This document shows, piece by piece, positions 47,667 to 57,088 of a DNA stretch of 64,000 nt. Both the position numbers and the translations under genes were made by a program. The notes under the pieces are model-generated. The model did no database searches. It worked only from the letters and a program-made list of their open reading frames with translations, and had not been told where the DNA came from. The DNA is from Dehalococcoidia bacterium (GTDB lineage: Bacteria; Chloroflexota; Dehalococcoidia; UBA2979), in NCBI GenBank assembly GCA_965220125.1, contig CBDCPB010000004.1, forward strand, positions 1,670,227 to 1,734,226, written 5' to 3'. The first letter of the stretch is position 1. The number at the start of each line of letters is the position of its first letter.

Positions 47667-49937
47667 CTACTCGTCGCGGCGGCGGCGCCAGGGCGCGGAC
47701 GCCCAGATCGGACGCGATGCGGGTCCGCCGTCGCTCTCGCGCGCGTCTTCCCGCTCACCCTGCGGCAGGCGATCCGGGAGCGGTTCCCCGGCGCGAAGCC
47801 GCTCGGGCGCCCTCGCGCCCCGCTCCTCGAGTTCGCGCGCGGTCGGCTCCGGATACTCGACGCGAGGATGGTAGACGGCGGTCAGCGTCGCCACGAACGA
47901 GTCGGCGACGACGCGCAGGTCGCGCAGCGAGATGTCGCACTCGTCGAACTGCTGCTCCTCGAGGCGGTCGCGCACGATGCCATCGACGATTCCGCGGATG
48001 CGGTCGGCGGAGCGGTCGCTGCTGGCGCGGACCGTGGCCTCGCTGGAGTCGGCGAGCATGACGATCGCGGTCTCGCGGCTCTGCGGCTTCGGCCCGGGGT
48101 AGCGGAACAGGTTGGGGTCGATGTCCGGATCGTCGGCAGCGGCGCGGCGGTAGAAGAACTCGACCAGGCGCGTGCCGTGGTGCTGCGGGATGAACTGCGT
48201 GATCGCGAGCGGGATGCCCTCGCGGCGCGCGATCTCGACGCCGGCGACGACGTGCTGCTGGATCACGCGCGTGCTCTGCAGCGGGTCCAGCGAGGCGTGC
48301 GGATCGACTTCGGCCAGTGAGTTCTCGACGAAGAAGCCCGGCGCGACCAGCTTGCCGACGTCGTGGTAGTAGGCGCCGACACGCACGAGCAGCGAGTCCG
48401 CGCCGACCCGGTCGGCGGCGCGTTCCGCCATGTTGGAGACCATCACCGAGTGCTGGAAGGTGCCGGGCGCCTCGTCCTGGAGGCGGCGCAGCAGCGGGTG
48501 GCTGAGCTGGGCGATCTCCATCAGCTCGACGCGGGTGATGATCCCGAAGGGGCGGCTCAACAGCACGAAGAAGCCGACGCCGATCAGCGCCGAGGCGATC
48601 CCGCTGACTCCCGCCGCCCCGGACATCCAGACCAGATCGGTGAGCCGGCGGTCGGGGTCGATCAGCCAGACCGTCCCGAGCGCGGCTCCCGCGGCTACGG
48701 CCGCGGCGAACCCGGCCGTGAGGTAGCGACTCAGGTGGTTCGCCCGCGCGGCGACGAACAGCCCGGCCAGCGAGGCGGCGGAGACCACCAGGAACGCCCT
48801 CGCGGTCTCCAGCTGCCCGCCGCCGGCCGCGTCGGAGAACGGCAGGTAGATCGAGACGAACAGGGCGATCGAGGAGAGCAGCACCGTGAGCAGCACCGCG
48901 GCGCCGAGATCGAGGAGCACGACCGCGGCGATCGGCGAGGCCGCCAGCGGAAGCGCGTAGGCCAGGAAGTGCCTGTCCAGGTCGGGGAGCACAAGCGGAA
49001 ACATGAACTTGATCGCCGCCGCCGGCGCCAGCAGCAGCAGCGTGAACAGCGTGAGGCGGCGGACGCCGGCCAGCGCCCTGGGGCGCGCGACGAAGAGATA
49101 GACCCCGCAGGCCGCACCGGACAGCAGCGAGACGATCGCGACGGCGGCGACGTGCGTGGGGCTGATGCCGCGAGGGTTGAGCCCGGCTGCGTCCAGCAGC
49201 TCGATGTCGGCGCCGGTCAGCCGCTGCTCCTGCACGACCAGCAGCTGGCCGCGCTCGCGCGTCACGCGCACCGGCGGTACCGCGGCGCGCGCTTCCTGGC
49301 GCCGCTCCGTGGTCCGTGATTCGTCGACGACGAGCGTGGGGATGATCAGCGGGGCGATCAGCTCCGTGAGCGCCAGCCGCTGAGCTTCGTCGAGGCTCAG
49401 CGGGAGCAGCTCGGCGGCCTGATCGCGGGCGGCCTCGACGCCGGCGGTCGCGATGCTGCCGGAGAGTGTCCGCCCGAGGATGTCGCGCGCCTCGTCGCCC
49501 AGCGTGCGGAAGTCCGTGTCCGGGATCTCCGCCAGGACCGTGACCGCCTCGTCCGAGAGCTCACCGTCCGTGGCGGCGCGGATCCGGGACTCGCGCGCGG
49601 AGGCGGAGAGGATGTCCGCGCGCGCCTCCTCGACCTCCTCGAGTTGGCGTGCGAGTTCGGCGATCTGGACCTCGGCGATCGAGTCGTCGCGGCGCTGCAC
49701 GTCCGGGACCGCTTCGGCAGCCTGTTCGCGCGCCACCTCCGTCCGGACGACGGACTCGTACGAAAGATCGCGCGGCGCCGAGAGCGTCCACGGCGAGGCG
49801 TCGCCCTCGCGCATTCCCGCGCCGCCGGGGAACCAGGGGAAGAGGACGGCGAAGAGCGCCGCGCCGATCAGGAGGCCCAGGATGATAGCGGCCGGGCGGG
49901 CGAACCAGCCACGGGCCTCGACCGGGCGGCTCAGCAC
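47667..49937 (-). CDS. 7TM-receptor/HD-domain membrane phosphohydrolase (YqfF-like) with an extra C-terminal tail of about 60 aa
   Basis: N-terminal extracellular region, 7 TM helices, then the HD domain (HSVMVSNMAERAA, YYHDVGK, PQHHGTRLVEFFY). Confidence 0.8.
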   Translation of the reverse strand: MLSRPVEARGWFARPAAIILGLLIGAALFAVLFPWFPGGAGMREGDASPWTLSAPRDLSYESVVRTEVAREQAAEAVPDVQRRDDSIAEVQIAELARQLEEVEEARADILSASARESRIRAATDGELSDEAVTVLAEIPDTDFRTLGDEARDILGRTLSGSIATAGVEAARDQAAELLPLSLDEAQRLALTELIAPLIIPTLVVDESRTTERRQEARAAVPPVRVTRERGQLLVVQEQRLTGADIELLDAAGLNPRGISPTHVAAVAIVSLLSGAACGVYLFVARPRALAGVRRLTLFTLLLLAPAAAIKFMFPLVLPDLDRHFLAYALPLAASPIAAVVLLDLGAAVLLTVLLSSIALFVSIYLPFSDAAGGGQLETARAFLVVSAASLAGLFVAARANHLSRYLTAGFAAAVAAGAALGTVWLIDPDRRLTDLVWMSGAAGVSGIASALIGVGFFVLLSRPFGIITRVELMEIAQLSHPLLRRLQDEAPGTFQHSVMVSNMAERAADRVGADSLLVRVGAYYHDVGKLVAPGFFVENSLAEVDPHASLDPLQSTRVIQQHVVAGVEIARREGIPLAITQFIPQHHGTRLVEFFYRRAAADDPDIDPNLFRYPGPKPQSRETAIVMLADSSEATVRASSDRSADRIRGIVDGIVRDRLEEQQFDECDISLRDLRVVADSFVATLTAVYHPRVEYPEPTARELEERGARAPERLRAGEPLPDRLPQGEREDARESDGGPASRPIWASAPWRRRRDE

Positions 49938-50015
49938 CGCTGCCTCCCTGTCCGGCCGATCCGGGCGACCATCCCGCCCCCGATCATGCGATGTCTCTTT
50001 ATGGCGATGACCAAA

Positions 50016-50468
50016 TCAGGCGTCGGCCAGCAGCTCCCGCACGATGGCGTTCGCCTGCCGGCCGTCGGCGCGTCCGCGCACACGCTGCATGAGCGGGCCC
50101 ATGACCGCGCCGAGGTCCCCGGGACCGCTCGCTCCGCGCTCGGCGATCACCTCCCGCGCCATGGCGCGCAACTCGTCCTCGCCAAGCTGGCTCGGCAGAT
50201 ACGCCTCAATGATGACGAGTTCCGCTTGTTCCGCTTCGGCGAGATCGTCGCGGCTGCCCTTGCGGTACTCCTCGATCGACTCGCGGCGTTGCTTCGCCTC
50301 GCGCTGCAGCGCGACGACCGCGTCGTCGTCGCTGAGATCGCGTCCGGCGGCAATGCGCGCGTTGCCGAGGGCGGCGATCAGCAGCCGCAGGGTGTCGCGG
50401 CGCTGCGTGTCGCGCTCGCGCATCGCGGTGGTCATCGCGGAGCGGATCGTGTCCAGCAGGGCGGGCAT
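50016..50468 (-). CDS. GatB/YqeY domain protein
   Basis: Internal ATG at 50468: MPALLDTIRSAMTTAMRERDTQRRDTLRLLIAALGNARI.... The track ORF carries a spurious N-terminal extension. Confidence 0.8.
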   Translation of the reverse strand: MPALLDTIRSAMTTAMRERDTQRRDTLRLLIAALGNARIAAGRDLSDDDAVVALQREAKQRRESIEEYRKGSRDDLAEAEQAELVIIEAYLPSQLGEDELRAMAREVIAERGASGPGDLGAVMGPLMQRVRGRADGRQANAIVRELLADA

Positions 50469-50544
50469 GACGCCTCCCGGCCGCACCGGCCGCGAGGGTG
50501 CAGCAGTCACCAGCAGCGGATCCCGGTTGGGGCCGGGATCCGTG

Positions 50545-50748
50545 TCAGTGTCGTTTGACCTGGGCTCGCATGGCCTTGCGCAGCTTGCGCAGGCGCGCGG
50601 CTTCCTTCTTCTTGCGGCGCACGGAGGGCTTCTCGTAGTACTCGGCGCGACGCGCCTCGGAGAGGATCCCGTCCGCCTGGACACGCTTGTTGAAGCGCTT
50701 CAGCGCGCCTTCGAAGGATTCCGATTCGCCGACATAGACCTCAGTCAC
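50545..50748 (-). CDS. rpsU: 30S ribosomal protein S21
   Basis: GTG at 50748: VTEVYVGESESFEGALKRFNKRVQADGILSEARRAEYYEKPSVRRKKKEAARLRK. Confidence 0.8.
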   Translation of the reverse strand: MTEVYVGESESFEGALKRFNKRVQADGILSEARRAEYYEKPSVRRKKKEAARLRKLRKAMRAQVKRH

Positions 50749-51014
50749 GCAGCACGCAGTCCCGTCCCCGCCACGCCCCATCCGGGTCGCGTGTTACCGC
50801 AGTCCGACGATCGTAGGGGCGGCCCCCGTGGCCCGTCAAACGCGCGGGGACTACATCCGATAGTGCCCAATGAGCCGCATCACCGCTCGGAAAGGCAGAC
50901 TCCGCCTGCCGCAAATCGGAGGTTCAGTGCGCTATGAACATACACATCCGAGTCAAGTAGTGTGACGTGCTGACGCCCGTGCTACACTCCCGATCTTCTC
51001 GGAAGGAGGGCTCG

Positions 51015-51110
51015 ATGGGCAAGGAGACGAAGACGCAGGGGCGCGACCTGCGCATCCCCACGACACCCGAGAAGCTGGCGAAGGCGGTTCTCAAACCTCT
51101 GAAGCGCTAG
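51015..51110 (+). CDS. Candidate small basic protein (31 aa) with a strong SD
   Basis: GGAAGGAGGG sits 4 nt upstream of the ATG. MGKETKTQGRDLRIPTTPEKLAKAVLKPLKR*. Lies in the intergenic region upstream of rpsU. Confidence 0.3.
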   Translation: MGKETKTQGRDLRIPTTPEKLAKAVLKPLKR

Positions 51111-51289
51111 CAGGCTGCTGAAGAACCCCTGATCCTGAGCCGCAGGGTCTCACTGGCCATTCGGTGGGCTGGCGTAGAGCCCAGAAACATTGGGTTTTTT
51201 GATGTCGCGGCCAGCGCGATTTCAGCCCAAAACCGCTGCGGCGGACTTTTTCATCACCCTGCTAGGGGAGACGTGGAAGGAGAGCACCC

Positions 51290-52195
51290 GTGACCGAAAT
51301 GCCTGTGCGCGACATCGAGATGGACCCGGCGATCCAGATCCGTGACTCGAACCACGGAGAGACGATCGAGCGCTACATGGACTCGTTCGAGCGGCTTCCG
51401 CCGATCGATGTGTTCGCCACGCCCGAGGGCAAGTACGTGGCCGACGGCTTCCAACGCCTCGCCGCTGCGATCCGGCTCGGCCGCCAGACGATCGAAGTCA
51501 CGCTCCACGAGGGGACGTACCAGGAGGCAGCCGAGTTCGCAGCCGTCGCGAACACGCGCAGCGGGGACCCGCTCACGAGGAAGGAGCGCAGCCGAGGCAT
51601 CCGCCGGCTGCGTGGGCTCCACGCTGACTGGTCAACGAACCAGATCGCAGAGGCAATGAGCGTCGGGCAGACGACCGTCCGTGACGTATTGAACGTCGAC
51701 AAAATGCGTACCAATCTGATCCATAGCGCACGCGCTATGGAGCTGCCGGATGCTCATATCCGCGAGGTTGCCCGCGCTCCCGAGCCAGCGCAGCAGCAGA
51801 TCGCCGAAGCAGCTTCCGATCGCGGGTGGACCGCCTCGGAGACGGCGTCTGCCGTTCGGAACCTTCAAGACGAAGCGCTCCCCAGCGCCCACAAACGCGC
51901 CCTGCTTGACGGTGAGGCCGATCCGGTCGTGGCCGGTCCCAACGGTGAGTACGCGATGCCGGTTGAGACGATCAGCCGGCGTGTCAGGCAGCAGAAAGAG
52001 AACAGCGCCCAGCTCGCGTACGCCGAAGCGGTCCGCGGGCTGGCGCGTCTGGAGCTGTTCCGCCCCGATGCGATTACTGAGGTCGAGCCGCGGCGACTCC
52101 AGCAGCTCGTGGACGAACTCCCGCGACACATCGCGTTCATGGAGGACGTGCTGGCGTCGGCACGGCGGAAGAGCCAGCGCCTTGAGGCGGTGTAG
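51290..52195 (+). CDS. ParB/Srx-superfamily N-terminal-domain protein (ParB-like nuclease domain)
   Basis: KYVADGFQRLAAAIRLGRQTIEV resembles the ParB N-terminal GxxR box region. GTG start preceded by GGAAGGAG. Confidence 0.6.
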   Translation: MTEMPVRDIEMDPAIQIRDSNHGETIERYMDSFERLPPIDVFATPEGKYVADGFQRLAAAIRLGRQTIEVTLHEGTYQEAAEFAAVANTRSGDPLTRKERSRGIRRLRGLHADWSTNQIAEAMSVGQTTVRDVLNVDKMRTNLIHSARAMELPDAHIREVARAPEPAQQQIAEAASDRGWTASETASAVRNLQDEALPSAHKRALLDGEADPVVAGPNGEYAMPVETISRRVRQQKENSAQLAYAEAVRGLARLELFRPDAITEVEPRRLQQLVDELPRHIAFMEDVLASARRKSQRLEAV

Positions 52196-52197
52196 GT

Positions 52198-52650
52198 ATG
52201 AAGAAACACACCAACGAATACATCAAGACGCAGGTCCAGCGCGCCATCAGGAACACGGCCAACCAGCAGCCCTCGTTCTTTACGGGGGAGGACGTGCTGC
52301 GCACTGTGCTCAAGGTCCAGAAAATCAAGCACTCGATCGATGTGCTCTACAAGAATCACGCCTGGCTCTACTCGATCGCACTCAGGGCACTGCGTGGCGT
52401 CATCAGCGAAGAACTCCGCGTGAAGGACGCCAAGGGCACCCGCGTCTACGAGCACTACCAGGTCGGAGCAGACCACCGCTGGCGCCGGCTCCGCGCCATG
52501 ACGCTCCCGCAACTGCGCACGGTCGTTGCTGACCGCCAAGCCGGCATTGAAGCGGACCAGGCGGTCGTGGACGCCTATCTCAAGATCATCGCCGACCTGG
52601 AGAAACTGCCCACAGGCTCCGTTGTCGCCGACGTGCTGGACACCGGCTGA
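52198..52650 (+). CDS. Hypothetical protein with conspicuously lower GC
   Basis: Begins atgaagaaacacaccaacgaatacatcaagacgcag...; 150 aa; I recognise no family. Confidence 0.5.
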   Translation: MKKHTNEYIKTQVQRAIRNTANQQPSFFTGEDVLRTVLKVQKIKHSIDVLYKNHAWLYSIALRALRGVISEELRVKDAKGTRVYEHYQVGADHRWRRLRAMTLPQLRTVVADRQAGIEADQAVVDAYLKIIADLEKLPTGSVVADVLDTG

Positions 52651-52664
52651 CCAGTACGAGCCTG

Positions 52665-53177
52665 CTAGGCGATCAGCTCGTCGTAGCGGAGGCGCTTCCC
52701 GACGAGGCCGGCGGCGATCCGCCGCATCTGCTCTGCCGTGTCCCGTGACCGCTGGTTGTGACGGCCCGCGAACTCCTTCGCGTACCTGTCGAGGTGCTTC
52801 GCGCTCATGCGGTGGTACGTCCCCATGTAGCCGCGCTTGAACATCGACCAGAACGACTCGATCGCGTTCGTGTGCGCGTCGCCGATGACGTAGGTGCCGG
52901 CGCTGTGCTGGACTGCGGCGTGCTTGTACTCGCCCTCGAGGAGGGTGTAGGCGCTGTGGCCGTCCGAGTAGACCTGCGCCCCGGGCCGCGCGTGCTCGCG
53001 GACGAATTCGCGGAGCGTCTCCCCGTCTGTGAGCTCGATTGCCCGAGCGGAGACGCGGCCCGTGGCGCGGTCCCTGACGCCGACGACGGGAGCCTTGGGG
53101 TAGTCGGCCCGGCGCATCTTCTCGCGCTTGCTCTCGTGCATGTTGGCGGCCTTGCCGCCGACGAACGTCTCGTCCAC
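52665..53177 (-). mobile_element. IS1595-family (ISXO2-like) transposase gene remnant, C-terminal DDE portion only (pseudogene)
   Basis: MDETFVGGKAANMHESKREK...NAIESFWSMFKRGYMGTYH is the conserved C-terminal half. Only about 80 nt of non-coding sequence lie upstream, so the N-terminal zinc-ribbon/HTH half is missing. I did not search for flanking inverted repeats. Confidence 0.7.
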
Positions 53178-53260
53178 CTCGACCGGACCCTCGAACGGCT
53201 CTCCGTTCTCGGCCCACGCCTGGCGGATGCGGTGCGCGAGGTGCCACGGGCGCGGGCCGG

Positions 53261-53620
53261 CTATCTGCCGCCTGGGAGCGGCGTCATGCGGATTCGGTCG
53301 TTCGCGATCACGGCGAACTGACCCGCCCAGTCATCCCGATCCTCGACCGCGGCGACGAGCGCCGCCGTCCTCGTCTCGGCCGAGCCGCGCAGGCGCAGCA
53401 GAATGACGCCGCTGGCGGCGGGAAGCCTCGCGCGGAAGGCAAGCTCGCCGAAGTCCTTGTCAGCAGTCACGAGAACCCGGCCCTCGGCAACTCCGCGTGC
53501 AAGCACCTGCTCGTCCGTGCTCCCGGGAGCGTCCACACGGACCCAGGCCACGTCATGGCTGAGGCGGCGCAACGCCTCGACCATGCCCGAGGACAAGTTT
53601 TCGTCGGCCAGGAACTGCAC
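53261..53620 (-). CDS. DUF5615-family PIN-like protein (putative toxin)
   Basis: MQFLADENLSSGMVEALRRLSHDVAWV...VLVTADKDFGEL matches the DUF5615/Mut7-C pattern. Confidence 0.65.
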   Translation of the reverse strand: MQFLADENLSSGMVEALRRLSHDVAWVRVDAPGSTDEQVLARGVAEGRVLVTADKDFGELAFRARLPAASGVILLRLRGSAETRTAALVAAVEDRDDWAGQFAVIANDRIRMTPLPGGR

Positions 53621-53626
53621 GATCGA

Positions 53627-53863
53627 CTACGCGTTGAGCGGGTAGACCTTCTCTGCCTGGAGACGCTCGCTCGCGTAGCTCAGGCAGGCGTGGATGTCTT
53701 CACCGCTCAGATCGGGGTACTCGCGGAGGATCGCCTCCTCCGTCCAGCCATCCGCCAGCAACTCGACGATGAACTCCACCGCGAGCCGCGTGCCCCTCAC
53801 GACCGGCTTCCCAGCCAGGATGTCGGCGTTCAACTCGATCCGCTCTTCCCAGCCCACGGGCAT
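53627..53863 (-). CDS. DUF433-domain protein (putative cognate antitoxin)
   Basis: ATG at 53863 preceded by GGAGGAGGG. ...GKPVVRGTRLAVEFIVELLADGWTEEAILREYPDLSGEDIHACLSYA. The track ORF is over-extended. Confidence 0.65.
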   Translation of the reverse strand: MPVGWEERIELNADILAGKPVVRGTRLAVEFIVELLADGWTEEAILREYPDLSGEDIHACLSYASERLQAEKVYPLNA

Positions 53864-53928
53864 GACCCTCCTCCGCCGTGACTCATAGCCTACCCCGAAC
53901 CGCCCGCCACGAGTCGGCACGTCACGCC

Positions 53929-55458
53929 CTACTCGCGGTTCGGGACGTGACGTGCACCGCCGGCCGCCTCGAACACCACCTCGCCGGCAATCACGGTCAG
54001 CCGCACGCGTGCGGCCGCGGGGTCCCGCTCGAGCGGGCCGTCGATGAGCACGAGGTCCGCCGCGGCGCCCTCGCGCAGGCGTCCGCGGTCCGCCAGTCCG
54101 GCGGCGTCTGCCGCTCCCGCGGTCCAGGCGCGCCACGCCTCGAGCGGCGCCAGCGCCTGCTCCGGCGCGAGGTCCGAAGGGCGCTCCGAGGACGCCGCAG
54201 CGACCGATTCGATGGGGCTCGCGCGGGAGATCGGGGCGTCGCTGCTGAAGGCGAGCGCGCCGCCCGCGTCGAGCAGCGCCCGCCACGGGTGCAGTCGCGC
54301 CCGCTGCGCCCCGTCGAGCAGTTGCCGGTAGCGCCCTGCGACTTCGCCGAGCAGGCCCGGCTGCGCCACGACGACCGCGCCGATCGCGACGATCTCCTCG
54401 ATCAGCGCCGGCGACAGCAGCGGGGCGTGCTCGATGCGCTGCCCCGGTGGCGCGTCCGCGGCGCGGAACGCGGCCAGCGAGGCCTCGACAGCCGGCTCCG
54501 TCGGCGCGTGTACGGCGACGCGGCGTCCCGCCTCGATCGCCGTGCGCACCAGAGCCGCGAGCGCCTCGGTGTCCGGCGTCTCGCCCTCGAAGACGGCCGG
54601 CTGCAGCTTCGTCTCGCCGCGCCGCAAGCGGCCGGCGGCGCCCTCAGGCGGCAGCGTTTCGAGGGCGTCCGCCGACTCCATCGCCACGACGCGCTGCGGG
54701 ATCGCGCCCACTCCGAGCAGCCGCTCGAACGTCGACCACTCGGCCGGTCCGTTGCGCACCCCGGCGTCGACGAGCGTGGTGACTCCCTCGGCGGCGCGCG
54801 CGTGCGCCCAGCTGCGCACGCGCGCCTCGACCGCCGCGGGGTCCGGCGGCGGCATCGCCGCCTCGATCGCGTCCGCCATGCCGAGCAGCAGCCCGTCGAG
54901 GCCGCCGTCCGCGAGCGAGCGCCCGAAGAGCGAGCCCGGCGGCTCCGGGGTGGACTCGTCGATGCCGACGAGGGCGAGCGCGCGCGAGTTCAGCACCTCG
55001 GCGTGCCCGCTGCGCTGGATCAGGCGGACGGGGTGGTCGGGCACGGCGCGATCGAGTTCGGCGCGCGTGGGGTGGCGGCCCTCGGCGAGCATCGCCTCCT
55101 CGTAGCCACTGGCGCGCACCCACTGGCCGGGCGGCGTGCGTGCCGCCGCCTCGCGGAGCGCTTCGAGCAGCTCCGGGATGCTGGCGACGGCGCGCGGCGC
55201 GACGTCCGGGCCGGCTGCCGCGACGGCGGCGGCGAGGACGTGGACGTGCGCGTCGACGAAGCCGGGCAGCAACGTCGCCTCGCGCGCCTCAATGCGACGG
55301 TGTCCCGAGGGCAGGCGGCGCGCGCACTCCTCGGGCGTCCCGACGGCGACGATGCGCCCGTCCGCGCAGGCGACGGCGCCGGGCGCGGGCGCGTCGCCCC
55401 GGCGCGTCATCGTCAGCAGGCGCGCCTCGATCAGCAGCGGTTCAGGCGAGGAGATCAC
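53929..55458 (-). CDS. Amidohydrolase-family metal-dependent hydrolase
   Basis: 509 aa; motifs PGFVDAHVHV, VAVHAPTE, SSDAPI. Confidence 0.75.
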   Translation of the reverse strand: MISSPEPLLIEARLLTMTRRGDAPAPGAVACADGRIVAVGTPEECARRLPSGHRRIEAREATLLPGFVDAHVHVLAAAVAAAGPDVAPRAVASIPELLEALREAAARTPPGQWVRASGYEEAMLAEGRHPTRAELDRAVPDHPVRLIQRSGHAEVLNSRALALVGIDESTPEPPGSLFGRSLADGGLDGLLLGMADAIEAAMPPPDPAAVEARVRSWAHARAAEGVTTLVDAGVRNGPAEWSTFERLLGVGAIPQRVVAMESADALETLPPEGAAGRLRRGETKLQPAVFEGETPDTEALAALVRTAIEAGRRVAVHAPTEPAVEASLAAFRAADAPPGQRIEHAPLLSPALIEEIVAIGAVVVAQPGLLGEVAGRYRQLLDGAQRARLHPWRALLDAGGALAFSSDAPISRASPIESVAAASSERPSDLAPEQALAPLEAWRAWTAGAADAAGLADRGRLREGAAADLVLIDGPLERDPAAARVRLTVIAGEVVFEAAGGARHVPNRE

Positions 55459-55524
55459 GGCAGCACGCGTCGAAGCCGGGAGCGGATGCCCCCGGCCTGG
55501 CGATGGATACGGAACCGGCCGGTG

Positions 55525-55668
55525 CTAGTCGGCGGAGGGCAGCACCTTCGGCTGGAGTTCCTCCATGCCGCGCCCGTCGACGTTGAGGTTGCATTCGCCA
55601 GGCTTGATGCAGAGCACCTCGATCTCGGAGTCGGCGTCCTTGTAGCGCTTACCCAGTGCGACGGCCAT
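55525..55668 (-). CDS. Small desulforedoxin-related protein, paralogue 2 (degenerate Cys motif)
   Basis: MAVALGKRYKDADSEIEVLCIKPGECNLNVDGRGMEELQPKVLPSAD; AGGAG lies 7 nt upstream of the ATG. Confidence 0.45.
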   Translation of the reverse strand: MAVALGKRYKDADSEIEVLCIKPGECNLNVDGRGMEELQPKVLPSAD

Positions 55669-55678
55669 CGGGATGCTC

Positions 55679-55798
55679 CTAAATCTGCTCGAGCTCGTGG
55701 TCGCCGCAGCGAAGCAAGCCTTCGCCGCCGCGCGTGACGATGAACTCCGCACTGCACTCGGTGCAGCGGTAGCGCTTCCCCGTCTCGACCTGTGCCAT
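55679..55798 (-). CDS. Small desulforedoxin-like protein, paralogue 1
   Basis: MAQVETGKRYRCTECSAEFIVTRGGEGLLRCGDHELEQI aligns with desulforedoxin / Dfx N-terminal domain (GDVYKCELCG..V.VL..GGG.LVCCGE.M) but carries R in place of the third Cys. GAAGGGGAAG SD. Confidence 0.5.
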   Translation of the reverse strand: MAQVETGKRYRCTECSAEFIVTRGGEGLLRCGDHELEQI

Positions 55799-55881
55799 CT
55801 CTTCCCCCTTCGGCGGATTGCCCCGCCAGTCTGTCTCTCTCGTCCTGCTCGCTGTCGCACTCCTCGTGCGGCGAGCAGCCC

Positions 55882-57048
55882 CTATTCGATCGTCTTCAGA
55901 TACAGAATGATCGATTCGAGATCGATGGACTCCAGGCTGCTGAAGTCTGGCATCGGGGCAAAGTCCTCGAAGCCGGCGACGATCTTCGCCTGCGACATCA
56001 GGATCGACTCGCGGAGATAGGCATCGTCGACGACCACGCTCTCGCCGCTCGCCAGTTGCTCGGGGCGGCCGTACAGGCCCAGCCAGCTCGGCGCGGCCAG
56101 CACGGTGTCGTCGAGCGCGTGGCAGGCGAGGCAGCCGAGGGCCTCCACGAGTTGCGTGCCCCGAGCCACCGTCGGGCCGGTCGGTGTCGCCACCGCCGTC
56201 GCGTCAGCGCCGTCTCCGCCCCCGGTAGTCGGCACGGCGGTGACGACTCGCGGGTCGTCCCCGGTGCGGATGGCGAGCTTCGTCGCGTTGGAGAACTGGC
56301 CGCAGTTGTCCGTGGTGATCGTGATCGTGGCCGCGTCGCGAGTGATCGTCACGGCCTCGCTCTCCGCACGGATCTCGGCGGCCGTCGGATGGCGGCCGTA
56401 GCGCTCAACGACGCCCACGAACTGCTCGGCAGTGAGTTGCCGTGCGTAGGCGTCGATCTCCTCCGCCGTCGGCTCCCGGCCGTACTGCTCCCTGAGCGCC
56501 GCCGTCAAGGCGAAACGCTTCTCGAGCACGACGCCGAACTGCTCCTCGTCGGCGTGCTCGCCCTCCTCGCGGACGAGCTCCCAGAAGTCATGCTCGCCCT
56601 TGGGATCGCCGGTGATCAGTGTGACCAGCTGCTGGACCTGCGTGGCCGAGAGCGAACCTCCGAAGTCGATGTCCCACTTCGGCATGTAGGTGCCGGCGCG
56701 GCCGCAGGTGATGGTCTCGCGCAGGTAGTTGCGGATCACCTGCGCTTCGCTCTCGGAGGTGGCCGCGGCGCCGTAGACGTTGTCCTCGCCGAGGATCAGG
56801 AAGTGAGGCGCGTTCAGCGCGACGCCGATGGTGCCCTTGCCCGCGGAGTCCTTGCCCGTGCCGTCGAGGCCGTGGCAGTTGCGGCAGTTCTGCACGAACA
56901 GGCGCGCGCCGCGCTCGGCGTTGCGCTCGTGGATCTCGGCGGACTCGACCTCCTGGCGGTTGGCCTCGTTGAAGAGGTAGCCGACGGTGACGACGAAGGT
57001 CACGAACAGCAGCCCGATCATCACGTTGACCTGTTTGCTGGTGTTCAT
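55882..57048 (-). CDS. Membrane-anchored dihaem cytochrome c
   Basis: N-terminal TM helix and two CxxCH motifs (CRNCHG, CLACHA). Confidence 0.75.
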   Translation of the reverse strand: MNTSKQVNVMIGLLFVTFVVTVGYLFNEANRQEVESAEIHERNAERGARLFVQNCRNCHGLDGTGKDSAGKGTIGVALNAPHFLILGEDNVYGAAATSESEAQVIRNYLRETITCGRAGTYMPKWDIDFGGSLSATQVQQLVTLITGDPKGEHDFWELVREEGEHADEEQFGVVLEKRFALTAALREQYGREPTAEEIDAYARQLTAEQFVGVVERYGRHPTAAEIRAESEAVTITRDAATITITTDNCGQFSNATKLAIRTGDDPRVVTAVPTTGGGDGADATAVATPTGPTVARGTQLVEALGCLACHALDDTVLAAPSWLGLYGRPEQLASGESVVVDDAYLRESILMSQAKIVAGFEDFAPMPDFSSLESIDLESIILYLKTIE

Positions 57049-57088
57049 CTCGCCTCAGTTCCCCGAGAGAGTCCGCTGGCCTGCCGCA

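Noticed and set aside
47589-47667. Expected purS between purQ and the upstream gene
   Set aside because: Only 78 nt are available and no ORF with PurS-like sequence is present in any frame. Other-frame ORFs overlapping the HD-gene tail are Arg/Ala low-complexity.
51865-53247. 460-aa minus-strand ORF spanning the ParB-like, hypothetical and IS1595 regions
   Set aside because: The Arg/Gly-rich translation runs antisense to the plus-strand genes with good SD sequences. Only its extreme 3' region coincides with the real IS1595 fragment, which is in another frame.
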